NCBI RefSeq assembly: GCF_058153355.1
Contig: NZ_CM177019.1
Length of the DNA: 64,000 nucleotides
Reading direction: 5' to 3' (one strand)
Shown: positions 22,009 to 34,905 of the stretch, in pieces
Layout of the letters: each line of letters opens with the position of its first letter
Position numbering within the stretch: the stretch's first letter is position 1
Notes under the pieces: model-generated
Told to the model about the DNA's origin: nothing
Databases searched by the model: none
Seen by the model: only the letters and a program-made list of their open reading frames with translations
Position numbers and translations under genes: made by a program

Positions 22009-23543
22009 GGGTGCGGCTCCGTTTTACTGGTCACGTCGATGGCATCGATACGACGGCTGTTAAACAGATTGAATTTGGTATCTGAACCGTGGCAGCCATC
22101 ACCAAAGGTAAAGCCGCAGCCATTTTTCTCCGGGAAGGCTTCCCGCGCCAGTTCACGATGACTGCTCGGCACCACAAAGCGATCTTCGTAGTTAGCAATC
22201 GCCAGATAACGGTACATCTCCTGTGCCTGCGCTTCTATCAGGCCGACCTCTTCCAGCGCACGGGTATCAGCTTTACCGTCAACGGTTTCAGCACGTTTGT
22301 AATGACGCATCGCCAACATACGTTTCAGTGCGCGCAGTACCGGTTGGGTGTCGCCTGCGGTCAGCAGATTCGCCAGATACTGTACCGGAATACGCAGGCT
22401 TTCGACGTCTGGCAGAATGCCATTGCTGCCCAGCTCACCCGCATCTGCCGCAGACTGAATCGGCGACAGAGGTGGCACGTACCAGACCATCGGCAGTGTG
22501 CGATATTCCGGATGCAGCGGCAGCGCCAGTTTCCATTCCATTGCCATTTTATAAACCGGCGACTGCTGTGCGGCTTCAATAACGCTCAGCGGAATACCGT
22601 CTTTAATCGCCTGCTCGATGACTTTCGGATCGTTCGGATCGAGGAACACGTCCAGCTGACGCTGGTAGAGATCTTTCTCGTTCTCGGTGCTGGCTGCACG
22701 TTCAATCGCGTCGGCATCGTACAGCAGCACGCCAAGATAACGGATACGACCGACACAGGTTTCAGAGCACACCGTCGGCTGACCGGCTTCAATACGCGGA
22801 TAGCAGAAGATGCACTTCTCAGACTTACCGCTCTTCCAGTTGAAGTAGATTTTTTTGTACGGGCATCCGGTGATGCACATACGCCAGCCACGGCATTTGT
22901 CCTGGTCGATCAGGACGATGCCATCTTCTTCACGCTTGTAAATCGCACCGCTCGGGCAGGTCGCCACACATGCCGGGTTCAGGCAGTGTTCGCACAGGCG
23001 TGGCAAATACATCATGAAGGTGTTTTCGAACTGGCTATACATCGCCTTCTGGATGTTGTCGAAGTTCTTGTCTTTCGCCAGTTTGTCAAACTCGCCGCCC
23101 AGGTCATCTTCCCAGTTTGGCCCTTTTTCGATTTTCGCCATCCGTTCGCCGGTAATCAGCGAACGTGGACGGGCAATCGGCTGCGATTTGCTGCCTTCCG
23201 GCGCGGTATGCAGGTTCTGATAGTCAAAATCGAACGGCTCGTAATAATCGTCGATCCCCGGCAGATGCGGGTTAGCGAAAATTTTACCCAGCAGCATGGC
23301 GCGGTTACCCATGCGCGGTTGCAGTTTGCCGTTGATTTTACGGATCCAGCCGCCTTTGTATTTTTCCTGGTTTTCCCAGTCTGTCGGGAAGCCCTGGCCC
23401 GGCTTGGTTTCCACGTTGTTGAACCACGCGTATTCCACGCCTTCACGGCTGGTCCAGACGTTTTTACAGGTCACTGAACAGGTGTGGCAACCGATGCACT
23501 TATCCAGATTCAGCACCATGCCGACTTGTGAACGAATTTTCAT
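22005..23543 (-). CDS. narH: respiratory nitrate reductase A beta subunit (Fe-S)
   Basis: 512-aa ORF with multiple ferredoxin-type Cys clusters (CIGCHTCSVTC, CEHCLNPACVATCP). Confidence 0.97.
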   Translation of the reverse strand: MKIRSQVGMVLNLDKCIGCHTCSVTCKNVWTSREGVEYAWFNNVETKPGQGFPTDWENQEKYKGGWIRKINGKLQPRMGNRAMLLGKIFANPHLPGIDDYYEPFDFDYQNLHTAPEGSKSQPIARPRSLITGERMAKIEKGPNWEDDLGGEFDKLAKDKNFDNIQKAMYSQFENTFMMYLPRLCEHCLNPACVATCPSGAIYKREEDGIVLIDQDKCRGWRMCITGCPYKKIYFNWKSGKSEKCIFCYPRIEAGQPTVCSETCVGRIRYLGVLLYDADAIERAASTENEKDLYQRQLDVFLDPNDPKVIEQAIKDGIPLSVIEAAQQSPVYKMAMEWKLALPLHPEYRTLPMVWYVPPLSPIQSAADAGELGSNGILPDVESLRIPVQYLANLLTAGDTQPVLRALKRMLAMRHYKRAETVDGKADTRALEEVGLIEAQAQEMYRYLAIANYEDRFVVPSSHRELAREAFPEKNGCGFTFGDGCHGSDTKFNLFNSRRIDAIDVTSKTEPHP

Positions 23544-26500
23544 TTTACGCTCTCCTGTACCTGGTCATTGCCTTCGCCATCTAACCAGTCAATGTTCTTC
23601 ATCTTACGCACTACAACAAATTCATCGCGGTTAGAACCTACAGTGCCGTAGTAGTTAAAGCCGTATGCCAGATGGGCATAGCCACCGATCATATGCGTCG
23701 GTTTCGGCGTGATACGGGTGACCGAGTTATGAATACCGCCGCGCTGACTGGTGATTTCTGAACCAGGCAGGTTAACGATACGTTCCTGCGCGTGGTACAT
23801 CATGGTCATCCCTGCCGGAACACGCTGGCTGACAACCGCACGGGCAGTCAATGCACCGTTGCTGTTGAAGACTTCAATCCAGTCGTTATCGGCGATACCC
23901 AGCTCTTTGGCATCGGCTTCACTCAACCAGACCACCGGACCACCGCGACCTAAAGTCAGCATCAGCAGGTTGTCGCTGTAGGTGGAGTGGATACCCCACT
24001 TCTGGTGCGGTGTCAGGAAGTTGAGCGCTTTTTCCGGATTACCGTTAGATTTCTGGCCCATCACTTCTTTCACCGAACGGGTGTCGATCGGCGGACGATA
24101 AACCAGCAGGCTTTCACCGAAATCACGCATCCACTGGTGATCCTGATACAGCTGCTGACGGCCAGAGAGCGTACGCCACGGGATCAGCTCGTGAACGTTG
24201 GTGTAACCGGCGTTGTAAGAAACATGTTCATCTTCAAGGCCAGACCAGGTCGGGCTGGAGATGATTTTGCGCGGCTGCGCCTGAATGTCACGGAAGCGGA
24301 TCTTCTCCTCTTCTTTATTCAGCGCCAGATGCGTATGGTCACGACCGGTAAACTCACTCAATGCCGCCCAGGCTTTCACGGCCACCTGGCCGTTGGTTTC
24401 TGGTGCCAGCGTCAGGATCATCTCTGCTGCATCAATTGCGGTGTTGAGCATCGGCTGGCCTTTTGCCGGACCTTCCGCTTTGGTGTAGTTGAGCTTACGC
24501 AGCAGATCCATCTCGCTCTGGGTGTTCCAGGCAATCCCTTTACCGCCGTTACCGATTTTCTCCATCAGCGGACCGATAGAGGTAAAGCGTTCGTAAGTTG
24601 CCGGATAATCGCGCTCAACGACCATAATGTGCGGTGCAGTTTTACCTGGGATCAGGTCGCATTCGCCTTTTTTCCAGTCTTTCACATCCAGCGGCTGCGC
24701 CAGTTCAGCGGCAGAGTCGTGCTGGATCGGCAGCGTAACGATGTCGGTTTCTTTGCCCAGATGACCAACGCACACTTCGGAGAATTTCTTCGCGATGGCT
24801 TTGTAGATTTCCCAGTCGCTTTTCGCTTCCCAGGCCGGATCGACCGCCGCAGACAGCGGGTGAATAAACGGATGCATATCCGAAGTATTCATGTCGTCTT
24901 TTTCGTACCAGGTCGCCGTCGGCAAAATGATGTCGGAATAGAGACAGGTGCTCGACAGACGGAAGTCCAGCGTCACCACCAGATCCAGCTTGCCTTCCAG
25001 ACCGTTGTCCTGCCAGTCCACTTCTTCCGGCTTCACGCCGCCCTGCTGACCCAGGTCTTTACCCTGGATACCGTGCTCCGTCCCCAGCAGGTACTTGAGC
25101 ATAAACTCATGACCTTTACCGGAAGAACCGAGCAGGTTAGAACGCCAGATGAACAGGTTACGCGGGTGGTTTTTACCGTTTTCTGGTTGTTCTGCCGCAA
25201 AACGGATAGAACCCTCTTTCAGGGATTTCACCGTATAGTCCACCGGATTCATCCCGGCTTTTTCTGCTTCGCGAGCGATAGTCAGCGGGTTAGTGCCTAA
25301 CTGCGGCGCAGACGGCAGCCAGCCCATGCGTTCCGCACGGACGTTAAAGTCGATCAGATGTCCGGTATAGCGGGATTTATCCGCCATCGGCGACAGCAAC
25401 TCTTCCGCAGTCACGGTTTCATAACGCCACTGGCTGGAGTGGTTATAGAAATAAGAGGTGCTGTTCATGTGACGAGCCGGACGCTGCCAGTCAAGGGCAA
25501 ACGCCAGCGGCTGCCAGCCGGTTTGCGGACGCAGTTTTTCCTGACCTACATAGTGCGCCCAGCCACCACCGCTCTGACCGACGCAGCCGCAGAAAATCAG
25601 CATGTTGATCAGACCGCGATAGTTCATATCAAGGTGATACCAGTGGTTCAGACCTGCACCAACGATGATCATTGAACGACCGTGGGTCTTATCAGCGTTG
25701 TCAGCAAATTCACGGGCAATGCGGATAATCTGGCTGCGAGAAACGCCAGTGATCTGCTCGGCCCATGCAGGGGTGTAGGCTTTCACGTCGTCATAGCTGG
25801 TTGCGCAGTTAACGTCGTTCAGACCACGTTCCAGACCGTAGTTTGCCAACGTCAGATCATAAACGGTCGTCACCAGTGCAGTGCTGCCATCAGCCAGTTG
25901 CAGGCGTTTCACCGGCAGCTTGTGCAGCAGCACGTTTTCCAGTTCCACTTTGTTGAAGTGTTCCGTGCCGTCGCCACCAAAGTATGGGAAGCCCACTTCA
26001 GCGATCTCATCCTGGCTACCCAGCAGGCTCAGTTGCAGCTCGGTTTCTTCGCCAGTTTTGCCGTCGCGCTGCTCAAGATTCCATTTGCCCTTCTCGCCCC
26101 AGCGGAAGCCAATAGAACCGTTCGGCGCAACCATTTCTCCATTGGTATTAAAGGCGACAGTTTTCCATTCCGGATTGTTTTCCTGGCCCAGCGCATCAAC
26201 CAGATCAGCAGCGCGCAGCATACGACCTGCGGCGTAGTAACCGTCGCGTTCTTCCAGCATCACCAGCATCGGCATGTCGGTGTAGCGACGCACATAGTCG
26301 GTGAAATACTGGCTTGGGTTGTCGAGGTGGAATTCACGCAGCATCACGTGGCCCATCGCCAGCGCCATTGCTGCGTCGGTGCCCTGCTTCGGTGCCAGCC
26401 ACAGATCGCACAGTTTGGCGATTTCAGCGTAGTCCGGCGTGACGGCAACGGTTTTGGTGCCTTTGTAGCGCACTTCAGTAAAGAAGTGAGCATCCGGGGT

Positions 26501-27283
26501 ACGCGTCTGCGGCACGTTAGAGCCCCAGGCGATGATGTAGCTGGAGTTGTACCAGTCAGCGGATTCCGGTACGTCAGTCTGCTCACCCCAGGTTTGTGGA
26601 GATGCAGGAGGCAGATCGCAGTACCAGTCGTAGAAGCTTAAGCAAGTACCGCCAAGCAGCGAGAGATAACGCGCACCCGACGCGTAAGAAACCATCGACA
26701 TTGCCGGAATTGGCGAGAAGCCAGCGACACGGTCCGGGCCGTAGTTTTTGATGGTGTAAACGTTAGATGCGGCGATCAGTTCGTTCACTTCCTGCCAGGA
26801 AGAACGAACAAAACCACCGCGTCCACGCGCCTGCTTAAAGCTTTTCGCTTTATCGGCGTCTTCAATGATAGAAGCCCATGCCTCAACCGGATCGCTATGC
26901 AGTGCCTTCGCTTCACGCCACATTTTCATCAGGCGTTTGCGCATCATCGGGTATTTCAGACGGTTGGCGCTGTAAAGATACCAGGAGTAGCTGGCACCGC
27001 GCGGGCAGCCGCGAGGTTCATGGTTTGGCAGATCCGGGCGAGTACGCGGATAGTCAGTCTGCTGGGTTTCCCAAGTGACCAGACCGTTTTTAACGTAGAT
27101 TTTCCAGCTGCAGGAGCCGGTGCAGTTTACCCCATGGGTAGAGCGGACGATTTTGTCATGCTGCCAACGCTGGCGATATCCATCCTCCCAGTCACGGTTG
27201 GTATTGAGAAGCTGGCCATGCCCATCGGCAAAGGTTTCGCCCTTCTGTTTGAAGTAGCGAAACCGGTCCAGGAATTTACTCAT
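23540..27283 (-). CDS. narG: respiratory nitrate reductase A alpha subunit (molybdopterin)
   Basis: 1247-aa ORF MSKFLDRFRYFKQKGETFADGHGQ...; N-terminal HxxxCxxxC cluster motif. Confidence 0.97.
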   Translation of the reverse strand: MSKFLDRFRYFKQKGETFADGHGQLLNTNRDWEDGYRQRWQHDKIVRSTHGVNCTGSCSWKIYVKNGLVTWETQQTDYPRTRPDLPNHEPRGCPRGASYSWYLYSANRLKYPMMRKRLMKMWREAKALHSDPVEAWASIIEDADKAKSFKQARGRGGFVRSSWQEVNELIAASNVYTIKNYGPDRVAGFSPIPAMSMVSYASGARYLSLLGGTCLSFYDWYCDLPPASPQTWGEQTDVPESADWYNSSYIIAWGSNVPQTRTPDAHFFTEVRYKGTKTVAVTPDYAEIAKLCDLWLAPKQGTDAAMALAMGHVMLREFHLDNPSQYFTDYVRRYTDMPMLVMLEERDGYYAAGRMLRAADLVDALGQENNPEWKTVAFNTNGEMVAPNGSIGFRWGEKGKWNLEQRDGKTGEETELQLSLLGSQDEIAEVGFPYFGGDGTEHFNKVELENVLLHKLPVKRLQLADGSTALVTTVYDLTLANYGLERGLNDVNCATSYDDVKAYTPAWAEQITGVSRSQIIRIAREFADNADKTHGRSMIIVGAGLNHWYHLDMNYRGLINMLIFCGCVGQSGGGWAHYVGQEKLRPQTGWQPLAFALDWQRPARHMNSTSYFYNHSSQWRYETVTAEELLSPMADKSRYTGHLIDFNVRAERMGWLPSAPQLGTNPLTIAREAEKAGMNPVDYTVKSLKEGSIRFAAEQPENGKNHPRNLFIWRSNLLGSSGKGHEFMLKYLLGTEHGIQGKDLGQQGGVKPEEVDWQDNGLEGKLDLVVTLDFRLSSTCLYSDIILPTATWYEKDDMNTSDMHPFIHPLSAAVDPAWEAKSDWEIYKAIAKKFSEVCVGHLGKETDIVTLPIQHDSAAELAQPLDVKDWKKGECDLIPGKTAPHIMVVERDYPATYERFTSIGPLMEKIGNGGKGIAWNTQSEMDLLRKLNYTKAEGPAKGQPMLNTAIDAAEMILTLAPETNGQVAVKAWAALSEFTGRDHTHLALNKEEEKIRFRDIQAQPRKIISSPTWSGLEDEHVSYNAGYTNVHELIPWRTLSGRQQLYQDHQWMRDFGESLLVYRPPIDTRSVKEVMGQKSNGNPEKALNFLTPHQKWGIHSTYSDNLLMLTLGRGGPVVWLSEADAKELGIADNDWIEVFNSNGALTARAVVSQRVPAGMTMMYHAQERIVNLPGSEITSQRGGIHNSVTRITPKPTHMIGGYAHLAYGFNYYGTVGSNRDEFVVVRKMKNIDWLDGEGNDQVQESVK

Positions 27284-27374
27284 CGGTTTTCTCCTGTGGG
27301 AGCCTGTCGGCTCTCTGATAAATCAACATTGCTAATGTTTAAGGGCAAGGTAACGCTCTGAAACAGCGTGGGAA

Positions 27375-27388
27375 TTGATAACGATCAA
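27375..27388. promoter_or_regulatory. FNR box TTGAT-AACG-ATCAA in narG promoter
   Basis: perfect match to FNR consensus TTGATnnnnATCAA about 95 bp upstream of the narG start codon. Confidence 0.7.
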
Positions 27389-27675
27389 GAGTGATGGGGA
27401 TGAAAAATAAAGTAAATTCCTAAGATACCCCTTAAGGATAATTAATAAATTCAACATAAATCACTGTAAATTAAGATATTTTGCATCCATAGTTATTTAG
27501 ACTATTGAGATTTTTATGCAGATGGGTATTAAGGAGTATTCCCCATGGGTAACATATTAATGGCTCTTAATGAAAACCGGCGAAATACGCCACACTTCAT
27601 AAGGATGTTGTAACTAAATGACAGGTAAAAAAAGCGCGACATCATGCCGCGCAAAGGATAATCAAATATTAAGAT

Positions 27676-29067
27676 TTATTTTTTAGAATGCCGACCATAT
27701 ACCGCCCAGGTAATCACTACGCAGGCGATATAGAAAATCAAAAATACTTTCATTGCGCCGACTGGCGAACCCGTTAATGCCAGCGAGCTACCGAACGCTT
27801 TCGGGATAAAGAAGCCACCAATCGCGCCAATCGCAGAGATGAAACCCAGCGCCGCCGCCGTGTCGGTTGCCGCTTCACGCATCGCACGTTCGTCAGAGCC
27901 CCCTTCTGCTTTCACGCGATCCATTGTCAGTTTACGGAAGATCACGGAAATCATCTGAAAAGTGGAACCACTACCCAGCCCAGCTGTCAGGAACAGCGCC
28001 AGGAAGACTGCGAAGAACGCCATGAAGCTTCCGCCCTGTCCGTCAGTCGGTAAGGTCAGGAACAGCAGGCCGCTGAAAATCGCCATCAGGATAAAGTTCA
28101 CCAGTGTGACACGAGTTCCGCCCAGACGGTCAGATAATGCACCACCTGCAGAACGCGCCAGCGCACCAATAAACGGCCCGAAGAAAGCGTATTGCAGAAT
28201 CTGAACATCCGGGAACTGCGTTTTTGACAGCATCGCAAAGCCCGCGGAGAAGCCGATGAAGGAGCCGAAGGTTGCCAGATACAGCAGGCTCATAATCCAC
28301 AGATGACCCCGTTTGAGTACCGGCAACTGCTCCTTGATGGAGGCTTTCGAGGTAGCAAGATCGTTCATGCCAAACCACGCCGCAATGGTGAAGATGGCAA
28401 GGAACGGCACCCATACCCAGGACGCATTCGCCAGATACAGCTCAGTCCCATCCGGCTGTTTGACACCCTGGCTACCAAATACTGCGAAAATCGACAGTGA
28501 TACCACCAGCGGAGCAACCAACTGCATGACGCTGACGCCCATGTTGCCCAGACCACCATTCAGACCCAGCGCGCCACCCTGCTTCTGTTTCGGAAAGAAG
28601 AAGCTGATGTTTGCCATACTGGATGCGAAGTTCGCGCCAGCAAAGCCGCACAGCAGAGAGATGATGATGAAGACGCTATAAGGCGTGGAGGTATCCTGCA
28701 CGGCAAAACCCAGCCAGACACAAGGAATAATCAGAATACCAGTGCTGAACGCCGTCCAGCGACGACCACCGAAGATAGGAACCATAAAGGAGTATGGAAC
28801 ACGTAATAACGCGCCAGAAACCGAAGGCAGCGCAGTCAACATAAATAGCTGATCGGTCGTAAAATTAAAACCGACTTTCGGTAAGTGCACCGCAACAGCG
28901 CTGAACAACATCCATACGCAAAACGCCAGCAGCAGACAGGGAACGGAAATCCACAGGTTGCGGCTGGCAATACGTTGACCGCGTTGTTGCCAGAACGCAG
29001 GATCTTCCGGTCGCCAATCTGTAATGACAGCTCCAGTAGCCCTTTCGGGGGCGGATGAGTGACTCAT
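27676..29067 (-). CDS. narK: nitrate/nitrite antiporter NarK (MFS)
   Basis: ORF 27676..29073; second ATG gives 463 aa MSHSSAPERATGAV...; hydrophobic MFS-like. Confidence 0.92.
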   Translation of the reverse strand: MSHSSAPERATGAVITDWRPEDPAFWQQRGQRIASRNLWISVPCLLLAFCVWMLFSAVAVHLPKVGFNFTTDQLFMLTALPSVSGALLRVPYSFMVPIFGGRRWTAFSTGILIIPCVWLGFAVQDTSTPYSVFIIISLLCGFAGANFASSMANISFFFPKQKQGGALGLNGGLGNMGVSVMQLVAPLVVSLSIFAVFGSQGVKQPDGTELYLANASWVWVPFLAIFTIAAWFGMNDLATSKASIKEQLPVLKRGHLWIMSLLYLATFGSFIGFSAGFAMLSKTQFPDVQILQYAFFGPFIGALARSAGGALSDRLGGTRVTLVNFILMAIFSGLLFLTLPTDGQGGSFMAFFAVFLALFLTAGLGSGSTFQMISVIFRKLTMDRVKAEGGSDERAMREAATDTAAALGFISAIGAIGGFFIPKAFGSSLALTGSPVGAMKVFLIFYIACVVITWAVYGRHSKK

Positions 29068-29126
29068 AGACACCTCTGATACTCGTTTCGATGTCTGCCA
29101 CCTTAGTGTCTGTAGCTAAAGGCAAT

Positions 29127-29140
29127 TTGATGTAAATCAA
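29127..29140. promoter_or_regulatory. FNR box TTGAT-GTAA-ATCAA in narK promoter (proximal)
   Basis: perfect FNR consensus about 65 bp upstream of the narK start. Confidence 0.65.
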
Positions 29141-29164
29141 ACGATAAGATAACTTTATCTATCA

Positions 29165-29178
29165 TTGATATTTATCAT
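29165..29178. promoter_or_regulatory. second FNR-like box TTGAT-ATTT-ATCAT in narK promoter (distal)
   Basis: 9/10 match to FNR consensus, centred 38 bp upstream of the proximal site. Confidence 0.55.
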
Positions 29179-29405
29179 TACCCATAGTGAGTACAGTGAT
29201 TTCATAAAAATTATGAGATTTTTCACGGTGCTGTAAAATCCCTACTCTTACCGATGTAAAGCGACTAACCACGCGGCAAATAAGGAGTAACTCTTTCCGG
29301 GTATGGGTATACTTCAGCCAATAGCCGAGAATACTGCCATTCCAGAATGTATCGTCACATTCATTAAGGTTATTGCTCATTTAAAGCCTGAAGGAAGAGG
29401 TTTAC

Positions 29406-31202
29406 ATGCTTAAACGTTGTCTCTCTCCGCTCACCCTGGTTAATCAGGTTGCGCTTATTGTGTTGCTTTCTACTGCTATTGGACTGGCGGGGATGGCGGT
29501 TTCTGGCTGGCTGGTACAAGGCGTTCAGGGCAGCGCCCATGCGATCAACAAAGCGGGATCGCTGCGCATGCAAAGTTACCGTCTGTTGGCGGCAGTGCCA
29601 TTAAGCGAGAAAGACAAGCCCTTAATTAAAGAGATGGAACAAACGGCATTTAGCGCCGAGTTAACCCGAGCAGCAGAACGAGACGGACAACTGGCGCAAC
29701 TACAGGGTTTACAAGATTACTGGCGTAATGAGCTGATCCCTGCGCTGCTGCGTGCACAAAACCGCAAAACGGTGTCAGCGGATGTCAGCCAGTTTGTTGC
29801 CGGGCTTGATCAACTGGTATCTGGTTTTGACCGCACCACGGAAATGCGCATTGAGACAGTGGTGCTGGTCCATCGGGTAATGGCGGTATTTATGGCACTT
29901 TTACTGGTGTTCACTATTATCTGGTTGCGGGCGCGACTGCTACAACCGTGGCGGCAGTTGTTGGCAATGGCGAGTGCCGTCAGCCATCGCGATTTTACCC
30001 AACGCGCGAACATCAGCGGGCGCAACGAAATGGCTATGCTTGGAACTGCGTTGAACAATATGTCTGCAGAACTGGCGGAAAGTTACGCCGTACTTGAGCA
30101 GCGGGTTCAGGAGAAAACCGCCGGGCTGGAACATAAAAATCAGATCCTCTCTTTTTTATGGCAGGCCAACCGCCGTTTGCATTCCCGCGCCCCGCTGTGT
30201 GAACGCCTGTCACCTGTACTCAACGGCTTACAGAATTTAACCCTGCTACGTGATATCGAACTGCGGGTGTATGACACTGATGATGAAGAGAATCATCAGG
30301 AGTTTACCTGCCAGCCAGATATGACCTGCGATGATAAAGGCTGTCAGCTCTGCCCGCGCGGTGTACTCCCCGTTGGCGATCGCGGCACAACCCTGAAGTG
30401 GCGGCTGGCTGACTCTCATACGCAGTACGGTATTTTGCTGGCAACCCTGCCGCAGGGGCGTCATCTTAGTCATGATCAACAACAACTGGTGGATACCCTG
30501 GTTGAACAACTCACCGCCACGCTTGCGCTGGATCGCCATCAGGAACGTCAGCAACAGTTGATCGTGATGGAAGAGCGTGCCACCATTGCGCGCGAACTGC
30601 ATGATTCTATTGCCCAATCTCTCTCTTGCATGAAGATGCAGGTGAGTTGTTTACAGATGCAGGGCGATGCGCTGCCAGAAAGCAGCCGCGAACTGTTAAG
30701 TCAGATCCGTAACGAACTGAATGCATCCTGGGCGCAGTTGCGTGAATTGCTCACCACATTCCGCTTGCAGCTCACCGAGCCTGGATTACGTCCGGCGCTG
30801 GAGGCGAGTTGCGAAGAGTACAGCGCCAGGTTTGGCTTCCCGGTGAAGCTGGATTATCAATTGCCGCCTCGTCTGGTGCCTTCGCATCAGGCAATCCATC
30901 TGTTGCAAATTGCCCGTGAGGCATTAAGTAACGCCCTCAAACATTCGCAAGCGAGTGAGGTCGTGGTGACAGTGGCGCAAAACGATAATCAGGTCAAACT
31001 GACCGTCCAGGATAACGGCTGCGGCGTGCCTGAAAATGCCATCCGCAGCAATCACTACGGCATGATAATAATGCGCGACCGTGCGCAAAGTTTACGGGGC
31101 GATTGCCGCGTCCGCCGTCGTGAATCAGGTGGCACCGAAGTGGTGGTCACCTTTATTCCCGAAAAAACTTTCACAGACGTCCAAGGAGATACCCATGAGT
31201 AA
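29406..31202 (+). CDS. narX: nitrate/nitrite sensor histidine kinase NarX
   Basis: 598-aa ORF with N-terminal transmembrane/periplasmic sensing region and C-terminal HATPase-like region. Confidence 0.95.
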
Positions 31203-31845
31203 TCAGGAACCGGCTACTATCCTGCTGATTGACGATCACCCGATGCTGCGAACTGGCGTAAAACAGCTTATCAGTATGGCACCAGATATCACCGTGGTTG
31301 GCGAAGCGAGTAATGGCGAACAGGGTATTGAACTGGCGGAGTCTCTTGATCCCGATTTGATCTTGTTAGATCTCAATATGCCCGGCATGAACGGTCTGGA
31401 AACGCTGGATAAACTGCGCGAAAAGTCCCTCTCCGGGCGCATTGTGGTATTCAGCGTCTCTAACCATGAAGAAGATGTGGTCACCGCACTGAAACGCGGC
31501 GCGGATGGCTATCTGTTAAAAGATATGGAACCGGAAGATCTGCTGAAAGCATTGCATCAGGCTGCTGCTGGCGAAATGGTATTAAGCGAAGCATTAACGC
31601 CTGTTCTGGCCGCCAGCTTGCGCGCTAACCGTGCCACTACTGAACGCGATGTTAACCAGTTAACCCCACGCGAGCGCGATATTCTCAAGCTGATTGCCCA
31701 GGGTTTGCCGAACAAGATGATTGCCCGCCGCCTGGACATCACCGAAAGCACAGTAAAAGTGCACGTCAAGCACATGCTGAAGAAAATGAAGCTCAAGTCT
31801 CGCGTGGAAGCAGCAGTATGGGTGCATCAGGAGCGCATTTTCTGA
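31195..31845 (+). CDS. narL: nitrate/nitrite response regulator NarL
   Basis: 216-aa product from ATG 31195 ([22 protein letters not shown]...), receiver domain plus LuxR-type HTH; overlaps narX end by 8 bp. Confidence 0.95.
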
Positions 31846-33303
<1,458 letters not shown>

Positions 33304-33314
33304 ACTTTTGTCGC

Positions 33315-33367
<53 letters not shown>

Positions 33368-33425
33368 TTGCAGAAGCAGTAAGATAGAAGATAAGTGTCT
33401 AATTCCCTGAATACAGGAGTAAATA

Positions 33426-33779
33426 ATGCAAAAAATCGTGATCGTTGCCAATGGCGCACCTTACGGGAGCGAATCCTTGTTTAACAGCTTGCGGCTGGCC
33501 ATTGCGTTACGAGAGCAGGAGAACAATCTGGATCTGCGTCTGTTCCTGATGTCTGATGCGGTCACAGCCGGGTTGCGCGGGCAAAAACCAGGGGAAGGCT
33601 ACAACATTCAGCAAATGCTGGAGATCCTTACCGCTCAGAATGTACCGGTGAAATTGTGCAAAACCTGTACCGACGGGCGCGGGATTAGTACACTTCCTCT
33701 GATTGATGGGGTGGAAATCGGTACTCTTGTGGAACTGGCGCAATGGACGCTGTCAGCCGATAAAGTGCTCACATTTTAA
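33426..33779 (+). CDS. ychN: DsrE/DsrF-like family protein YchN
   Basis: 117-aa ORF MQKIVIVANGAPYGSESLFNSLRLAIAL... Confidence 0.85.
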   Translation: MQKIVIVANGAPYGSESLFNSLRLAIALREQENNLDLRLFLMSDAVTAGLRGQKPGEGYNIQQMLEILTAQNVPVKLCKTCTDGRGISTLPLIDGVEIGTLVELAQWTLSADKVLTF

Positions 33780-33822
33780 TGTTTGAGGGGGCGTCTGACG
33801 CCCCACTATGAGGGAAGTTTAC

Positions 33823-34518
33823 TCAGACGAATCCCGGCCGTAACACACCATCCGGATAATTCTCCGCCAGCAGTTTTTTTACCGATACCAGCAAATCATT
33901 CAGCCCATCGTCCTGCATTCCCAGTTTGATAAGCTCCTGTTCCAGTGAAAACAGGTATTGTGCGTTGGTTCCCAGTGGACCGCTCGCCGCCGCAATCAAC
34001 GGCGCGATGACCTGAGCGCGAGTGTCAGATTCATATTCTGGATGTCGTGGGTCCATAATAAACACAATGGCGTTTACTGTGCGTCCATCATCAAGATCAA
34101 GCTGACACCAGGTTGGCAGATAACAGCCGGTAATCATCTCGCGCTTCCACAACAGGGTTAGTTCCTGCTCCAGCGTCTCTTCTGGCAGTCGATAGGCGAC
34201 GCCTGTGGTGCGTCCGCCCTCTTTCAGTGCAAGCATCCGTCCCGGCTGGTGCGCAGTCCCGCGCCCGGCGGTCAGGCGCAGGCAAAACGCGCGATGCCAT
34301 CCAACCAGTGTACCGGTGCACGACTCGGTAAACTCCAGTGCCGGATTCCACATCAACGATCCATAACCGAAGATCCACACCGGTCCCTCATCAGGTCGAC
34401 AAGCCAGCGTCGCCGCCAGCGAAGCCGCCCGTTGCTCTGCTGACCATAAGAGTGATTCTTCAATGGCACCAAATGCCGTTTTACAATCGGCATTCATCAA
34501 GAAATCACGCGTTATCAC
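33823..34518 (-). CDS. chaC: glutathione-specific gamma-glutamylcyclotransferase ChaC
   Basis: ORF 33823..34554; GTG at 34518 gives 231 aa; contains the FGYGSL motif typical of the ChaC family. Confidence 0.8.
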   Translation of the reverse strand: MITRDFLMNADCKTAFGAIEESLLWSAEQRAASLAATLACRPDEGPVWIFGYGSLMWNPALEFTESCTGTLVGWHRAFCLRLTAGRGTAHQPGRMLALKEGGRTTGVAYRLPEETLEQELTLLWKREMITGCYLPTWCQLDLDDGRTVNAIVFIMDPRHPEYESDTRAQVIAPLIAAASGPLGTNAQYLFSLEQELIKLGMQDDGLNDLLVSVKKLLAENYPDGVLRPGFV

Positions 34519-34674
34519 CTTACACCTCCGCCACTGCATACTTCCCTGCGACAACTTTTTGGTGTCTTCCGGACATTTTACTGCTCATTTTGAAACCATT
34601 AACGGGACAATATGCAATCCACGGACCACTTGCAAGGCAACACCGCACGAATAGCTTTAACTAAGCTACCGGTT

Positions 34675-34905
34675 TTACGATTTTTTATGCCATTTATCAT
34701 CATCCCCTTTGGCATATTCATGCTTCACAGCAGCCCAGGCCACTTTATGCGCGGTTTCTTCGCGACTGGCGTCATCACGCCGATCTTCTTTATCTTTATA
34801 TTGATCCCATGCGCTGTTGAACGCTTCTTTATAGATATCCTGAGCATGAGACGGTAGCACGTGCTTTACGCTTTCCGGCAGATCGCTTTTCGTTTTATAC
34901 GGCAT
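34675..34905 (-). CDS. chaB: cation transport regulator ChaB
   Basis: 76-aa ORF MPYKTKSDLPESVKHVLPSHAQDIYKEAFNSAWDQYKD... Confidence 0.9.
   Translation of the reverse strand: MPYKTKSDLPESVKHVLPSHAQDIYKEAFNSAWDQYKDKEDRRDDASREETAHKVAWAAVKHEYAKGDDDKWHKKS

Noticed and set aside
22089-26641. Long plus-strand ORFs (462, 437 and 319 aa) antisense to narH and narG
   Set aside because: Overlap the nar structural genes on the opposite strand; translations are Arg/Val-rich with no recognisable domains; stop-poor antisense frames are expected in GC-biased coding DNA
34097-34378. 93-aa minus-strand ORF inside chaC in another frame
   Set aside because: Alternative frame within chaC; Arg-rich artefact
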